From Amoeboaphelidium protococcarum X5 (Eukaryota; Fungi; Aphelidiomycota), in NCBI GenBank assembly GCA_023515725.1, contig JALDTO010000158.1:186001-250000 (forward strand): a DNA stretch of 64,000 nucleotides, written 5' to 3'. Position numbers and translations under genes: made by a program. The notes under the pieces are model-generated. The model was given only the letters and a program-made list of their open reading frames with translations, was not told the DNA's origin and searched no databases. Of the stretch, positions 57,261-64,000 are shown piece by piece (positions within the stretch are counted from its first letter, which is position 1; every line of letters begins with the position of its first letter).

Positions 57261-59606
57261 TCACTGACGATCTTTAATACGACAAACAACGACATCCAGT
57301 CCACCTTGCATCAAATCTTGGATCCACACGTGCTGATTATCTTGCAGCGTATCTGTCGGGCCTTTAACTTCAGCCAGTTTAAATCTCAATTTATCACGAT
57401 CGTAAAGTATCAAATCTGGCAAGCCACCATTCCTCTTCTTCTGAGTGGCCAACACTTTGCAAATAGCAGACACTGATTACTGTCCCATAGAGCAAACGAG
57501 ATCAGACAAGAATTCTACAGAATAGTGCCACTAAAGCCCATACGCCATCTTTGACTGCAGTTATTTGTATCGCTCCGACAACAAATTCAAAATTACGCCC
57601 AGAGACTCTTACAACAACTCAAGTCTGGCGTCTATAGACTCTTTCCGATTGAGATAAAACATTTCAGTATGGAAATCTACAGGTTCTGAATGATACTTGT
57701 TAATAAAAGCGCCCTTTACACTGGCATCAAAAATTATGTCATGAAACAGTAGACTGAATATCATTCGCAGTGGACCACCTTCACAATGCAAACCAGCAGG
57801 CCAACCTCGCAGATAATACTATTCTAAAGCAGCCTACTCTACTGTTATACCATATTATGATATTTATGCAATAATCAAATGATGTTCGTCATTAAGTTAC
57901 GGCGCGTCATAATCGTACAACACGCTTCTCCATCTAGTCTTCTATCCTTGGCTTTACTCTTTGAGTTGTTCGATTGTAAAATCATCATATATAATGTCCA
58001 ATTCAACAGGCGGATTGCTGACTATAGACTGCTCCACTTTCAGACGTTTCTCTATCCGGCCAATTCTATCAAGGATCGATTTCATGAATATTAAATCAAC
58101 ATTCTCATCACTCAATGATCCCTGCGCAAGTTCAAGTGTGGACTTTAATCGTTCCAGTTTAATAGCTTTGCTGTCACCATCAGTCTGAGAGGGAGTTTAA
58201 AGATTGATATGATGCTCCTACAATAACAGAATTCTATCCCACAAATAACCTTTACGCTCCTTACAAGTGTGTTCACAGATGAGCAATGACTAGATCAGCT
58301 CAAATTCCATTTGGAACTTTTTCTCTTTCGCCAGACTTCGTGACAAGTAGCACAAGGCTTTACTCAAAATCATTACAGGATTATACAAATACAAATGAAT
58401 TCCATTCACTACAACCTGCTATTGATCGACATAGCTCACGACTTCTGACCAGTGTAACTAAACAGTGTCCCAACATTAAATCAGTTACCCATAATGCGTA
58501 TTCAAATCGGCAAACTACTTCTCATGAAACAATTTATCACATTCACCATACAGTCGTAGATATTATTCAAACAATTAAAGATGCTATAAATTTATGAATA
58601 CAGTACCAATACTCAGCTAATAGCGCACAAAACGCCTTCTATTCATCATTACCAAAATCTCATCGCGCATCGTAGCCTCCAATTACTCAACTTGATTATA
58701 GCCAAAGTAGGCAAGATGTATCTGTCGGATATCGCGACGCACAGAGCTCTTCAGCATAACAACTCGACCAATCATTTACAAAACCTGCTTCCTTAATAAA
58801 CTAGAAATGTTGGAGGGCTTTTAAGAAAATAGACGCTTCTAAGATGAAGTGCAGTCGATCAAGTTTTGAATACGCGCTGATTTAACACCTCCAAATCGTT
58901 TGGATTTCTAACAGAACGTCTTCTCTACCTATTTTATTTGGTCCAGCGTTAAAAGATCAAGTAGCTCTTGCAGCGATAGACTCTCTTGATAATCTCTGTT
59001 CACAACGTTGCTTAAATGGAATTAATCGAGTAGTTGTGATAGAGAAGATCTACTCTAACCCGTGGAAGAATTCAGCTAAATGCCAGACTGGTCAGACGCG
59101 ATATCCTCCTCCGTCAGCAACAGTCCTTCAGAATGCAATTAGTTTATAGCTAAATCCAAATCTATTATCTCACTATAATCAATAGAAGAATACTTTATCC
59201 ACCCATCTTTACGCATATACAGCCGAATAAGTAACTTTAAAGCGTCCTATGACAGGTTCAAGTATCGCGCAAGCATGTTGGAATCAAATATTTCAAAAGT
59301 CTTGGCCTATTCCAAAATCTCTACAAATATCTGCAAATACGAGCGGCGTTCTGCTGGTACATCTTATTCATCATCTAAAATAAGCTCTGTCTATCTCTAC
59401 TTGTAAATGCTTAAAATCTGCAGCGCTTAATCGTCCGTTAACATTGTTTCGATATATTACTGCTTATTGCTGGTGATGCTTTCGAAATAAGCGGGAATCG
59501 TTGACAACTCACTCTGGCCGATCAAACGCACTCTTTATAGTTCTCGTTTTTACTCAAACCTAAGGCAAGGTGGTGTGCATACTGTAGGAAGATACGGTTG
59601 ACACAT
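57261..59606 (-). CDS. FAN1: Fanconi-associated nuclease 1 (VRR-NUC)
   Basis: LLIRLYMRKDGWI, GLHCEGG, GGLPDLILY, AEVKGPTDTLQDNQHVW; start approximate. Confidence 0.9.
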
Positions 59607-60392
59607 TAATTTTTTCACGATTACACGTGTGCGACGGTAGTGTAATTAGATATAATACGAATCTCATTTTATATGCGTCTCACTATGAACAACAATGATA
59701 ATTCAGGGAGATGATCTGCTCTTAAAAATATCATTGTATTGATGCTCCTCTAGGCGCACATTATCTGTGGCAATATTTTACTTACAACAAAGGGGCATAA
59801 AACGGAAATTGAGCGGAACCTGTTTCAGATTGATTGGCCTGAATGGGATAGATCGCGATATGAGAAAATTGATTAGACTGTTGTTAAGGATACCCTAAAT
59901 GTTCAAAAGAAACAAGTCGGTCTGGTACGATTGTAATGCCTAGATTGAAGCTACACATCATGACGGAAAGATGCGACTAAGATCAACTGCGGGGAAATTG
60001 TCGGTAGCATTTCGTCTGTATCTAGATCCTATGACGGGAGACAGTTTCAGAGCTATCACTGTAATCTCGGATGAAGAAAATCTAGTGCTTTAACCTTACT
60101 AAATATTTTCAACCATCATTGATGACGCGTCAGAAAGAATGCTGTATTTTGACTCTGATGAATAATGATGACTGGTGGGTAATAGACTGAATAAAGTTGA
60201 GTTGATTTTTCTAGTTTAGCAAACTTTAATCTTAATGTCTCTGGCCCTATCTTATTTAGACTTGTGCAAGAAATTTAAAATTAAAAAGCACTTCAAATAC
60301 TATATGACCAACATATTTTCATCAATGATGGTCCCAATAAAGTGGTTATCTGTTCTAAAAAGCAATATTTTAAAGTCTACATCTTTCATGGG

Positions 60393-62333
60393 TCATAGCA
60401 TAATTTCATCCAGTAAAGCAGGATCTGGATTCAATGCTTCAAACAACTCCCAATCGAATGTTCGTCGGATTTTGTCGCTACCTTGATTACATTCTCCAGA
60501 GTGCATAATAGACGACCCAAAGGCCATGTCCCCTGCTTAATGCTATTATTAATTCTGTTTGTTCTCGCTGTAAGTGAGACAATGTTCAGATCCTCTTTAG
60601 CCAAATCTCCCGCCTTTTTAGATGCCATTTTGTTAAACATTAAGTTCTGATGACTAGCGCTGCTATTAATGGGCTTCTTAGCTAGCAGATACAGGATCAA
60701 CTTTAGTCTCTTTCATTAGGCGGCAACACATTTTGTCAATGGCAATCACAGACAGAACAGTCTGGACATATGCATCAATGAGGTCATCTACACCGTAGCC
60801 CAAAGTATTAAAATCTTTACGGTCCATAAGCAATAATCTTTGAGCTTCCGTTGTGAATTGAGGCACACCGGATCCATCACTATTTTCCGGATTCAATTTA
60901 ACACTCAAATTAGTACCAAGCATCTCCCACGAACTGATAGACGGATCATCTTCCAGATATTTGAGCAGAGGCTTCCTTGCACGCCTAGCATACACCGCGA
61001 CCGGCTTAAATCCTTCACCAACACTACTCCCTGCGACCATAACACGAAGATCTGAGACGTATATATGACACTTCTTATTAGGTATCAGACCGACGTGATA
61101 ATACTTGCCTGAGCATGTGATGGACGACCACGAGGCATTACCAACCAACGATTAAACAATAAACTTGTCGTAATGGTGCTCTTCACTCATAAACTTGTCC
61201 AGCTCCTACTTGTTCGTGATGGTGTATACACCCTGTCCAGCATTGGAGTAAGGATTCTTGACCACAGCATGATTGCCCATAGTCTCAACCCATAAGGGTA
61301 TTTCACTCTTAGTAACTTTGCGGATAGTTTCTGGAATACGAATCTGAAGCCCTGTTCCTTCACTCTACAGCTCAGCATTATAGAATTCATATGCTCTTGC
61401 AGCCATCATCTTATTTCTACCACCAGCCAGACATGATACTATGCTATTCAGCACCAGAGTTCTGGAGTAGATAGGGAACCTATTCCACGGCTTCTAAGTG
61501 ACGTAGCGAAAACAGGCGCGTACAGGATGCCACTGCTATTGCTAATCTCTGACATACATCAATCGGTCTACCCACTTAACAGGCGGATCAGGATCATTAA
61601 TATAGAACTCGACCAGCAAAACTTCCTCCTTCATAACATCAGCCATGACGGCAGCATATCCACTAGCCTCCATGACATTCTTGTCGTACACTACAGCGAG
61701 GCGGCCCAGTTGAGGATCAGTCTACGCAAGAATACCTTTAAAAGTGTGTTCAAGCACAATACCGTACCCGCCATACTCCTCATGGTCCACCAGAAGTGGC
61801 ATACTCTTCTGACCCGATGGACAGCTATTTGTCTCAATCACGATCATTTGGCGATGCCCCTCTGCATTGGTAACATTAAACAAGTCAGACCCGGCCCAAG
61901 CGAAGTACTGCGGGCGATAATTGAAGATTTCACGCAGCTTCTCTTCATTCACCATGGGATTCAGGTGTGTATATCGCGCAATAATCCTCTCATTACCCAG
62001 CGTGAAGAAGGAGGCAACCAGCGGATGGATTTAAGCATTAAGCACTCGCGGGTAGAAATGCTTCTCACTCTCAAAATCGCCGGCTTTCACAACATGCGCA
62101 TTGAATTAAACCTTTTTGGTGTCAGACTCATCAGTTTTTGACATATCACCATTCAACTTGCCATCTCTTTTTGCCTCAAGCTAGTCTGTAACCGCCTTCG
62201 ATTGTTAAATAGACTTTCCAGCCAGGTCAGAATCGCTTCCAAGTGCCACAGCATCATTATTACCCTCAGAATCATGAAGACTTGATCCAGACAGTTGGGA
62301 AGGCAGAGAGTCCAGCGAGAAGTTTCTAAACAT
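60393..62333 (-). CDS. Uncharacterised ATP-grasp-fold protein (646 aa, intronless)
   Basis: [67 protein letters not shown]. Confidence 0.75.
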
Positions 62334-62699
62334 GTTTTTCAAAGTAATCAAAAAATAATGCAAGTAAAATCAGTGTAATTTATTTCCGAGTGGCAGCTAA
62401 AGGCAACTTGGGAAGAAGAGATATACAAAATATAATAGTCGACTGTTTTATTCTACGCTTTGTGACTACTGGCCTGTGTGAACGGCGGGCCGGACTTTGA
62501 AACTTGGCGAATCACAAAACATCGGGTCGACGCGTCGAATCGACCGCTAAAATTGTCGTTCGTTTAAGCTTTGCACATGAGTTTCGCATGCTCGGTGATG
62601 CGATCGTTTGTGACTGTGTTATTCAATTCCCTTCCTAAATGATCGTCATCAGTGTTTCGATTTGAACTGTACTGCTAAAACTTACAGTCCTTGACTGGT

Positions 62700-63128
62700 A
62701 TGAATTAAATTGTCGTTTTTAATCACTTCAAACAGGTGCGGTTACGCAGAGTGTATGGCAATGACAAACAAGTACAGGCGATTGATTAATTGATGGACTG
62801 CATTCTGGATAGGCGGCCGCGCGATTTGCCGTTTGTGTATTATGACAATTGTATCGCTATATATAGAAATTATGGGCCATTGTTTATAATGGTCATTATC
62901 GATGGAAGTGGAGTTAGTGGCGAGTGCTTTAAATGGTTTGAATGGATACAATTTTTCATGGAGGCGTTGGCTGGGTGCTTGGGACGTATCGCAGAGATTG
63001 ATTTTATTGAACGATTGCCATAAATCTTGTTAGTTCTAAACGAGCTTATTGTCGATGGAGATATTGTATGTAACAGCATACAGCAATGTAAAGATAACGT
63101 GCAAAACATGATAGATGCTTTCTAATGA
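62700..63128 (+). CDS. Adaptor-protein sigma subunit (longin fold), AP-4-sigma-like, divergent
   Basis: MNQIVVFNHFKQVRLRRVY...IYRNYGPLFIMV...IQFFMEAL...IAEIDF...LNELIVDGDIV; 142 aa. Confidence 0.75.
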
Positions 63129-63166
63129 TGATCTTATTATATTCTATTCGATTTCTCTAATTTCAA

Positions 63167-64000
63167 TCAAAGTATCAATTCCTTATTTACCACTTCGCTC
63201 TTAAGACACTGCTTTCTCAAATACTCAATAGTATATAGATTCTAATGAGCAAGTGATGATACATCAGTCTATAACTGTTATAAATGCTTCTTGATTACGC
63301 GCATCACTACTTGTATTGATGATTTTTCGTTCAAGCCAGCCTTTAGAATGCCTTCATTTACCGAGTAATCCACTTTACCATAAGACTTACGGATGAACTC
63401 TCCATGAAAGTATAGCAGCGATTTAATGAATAGCAGATGGAACTGGATATGAGGTGACTTTGCAGTCTTGTTCATCTAAGCTATTGTATCACCATTCTGT
63501 TGATCTAATAGCAAGGCAATCAATCTCAATAGACTGCAGATGTAACGTGTGTGTAGATTCTAGACTAAAAATTCAATCTAATCTACAGGCACGCTCTCAT
63601 ACACAAACTGCATGAGACCAACTTCTCCAAGTCGGAGAGACATGGTAAGAGCCAGTTGCCACGAGTCTAAATTAGTTTATATACCTTTCTTCAACTGTTT
63701 AACCATGTTAATCACACTGTCGGGAGTGAGATCCACGCTGAGGTCAACTGGATCGAAGGATGTCGATTCGCTAACTGCGTACTCCATCAAGCCCTCCGTT
63801 GTGACTACTGCAAAAGACGCACCAACAGGACTAAACTGCAAAGCCTTACACCTAATGTCCGGTTTAGTACGCCTAGAAGAGCGATCATTTTTCTAAGCAC
63901 CAGGTAAAGCATGACGCTATTGCAGACGATCCTCCAAATCACTCTATTCATCGCCACTGTCATTTAGATCAACAACGCCAGCTTGGGTGACATTTCTAGA
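63167..64000 (-). CDS. PWP2: Pwp2/Utp1 90S pre-ribosome protein, 3' part (5' end outside the window)
   Basis: LQFSPVGASFAVVTTEGLMEY...FDPVDLSVDLTP; HIQFHLLF; NLYTIEYL. Confidence 0.85.

Noticed and set aside
59686-60170. Possible small + strand gene (~100 aa from ~59859) between FAN1 and the ATP-grasp gene
   Set aside because: Open under TAR=Gln but with no motif, and there are competing frames; not supportable without expression data
61527-62141. 204-aa + strand ORF
   Set aside because: Antisense shadow of the ATP-grasp protein 60393-62333

Overview
Gene-dense eukaryotic nuclear DNA (about 38 genes in 64 kb, short GT-AG introns, fungal/opisthokont-type proteins). It does not use the standard genetic code. 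TAA and TAG sit in frame at conserved Gln positions, and every gene I traced ends in TGA (ciliate-type code, table 6), which is why the supplied ORF track is fragmented. The opisthokont known to use this code is the aphelid algal parasitoid Amoeboaphelidium protococcarum, so an aphelid source is my inference. Re-read with TAR=Gln, the window holds many housekeeping genes (SmE, QNS1, SPT4, IRE1, SDH3, COX20, WDR26, SF3A3, eIF4A3, PP2A-B56, MCM5, NDUFB9, PIG-C, RPL23, RPL27, TAF6, mL44, Rab1, TSR3, FAN1, PWP2) plus Rb, EAPP and an AP-4-like sigma subunit. Accessory content includes an intact CryptonF-type tyrosine-recombinase element flanked by directly oriented palindromic sites and TGTGAC arrays, a tandem pair of secreted Kex2-type Pro/Ala/Gln repeat proteins, an orphan 7TM protein with a long cytoplasmic tail, two intronless ATP-grasp ligases, and small OB-fold-like and HEPN-like orphans. 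All coordinates were derived by hand, so starts and introns are approximate where stated.
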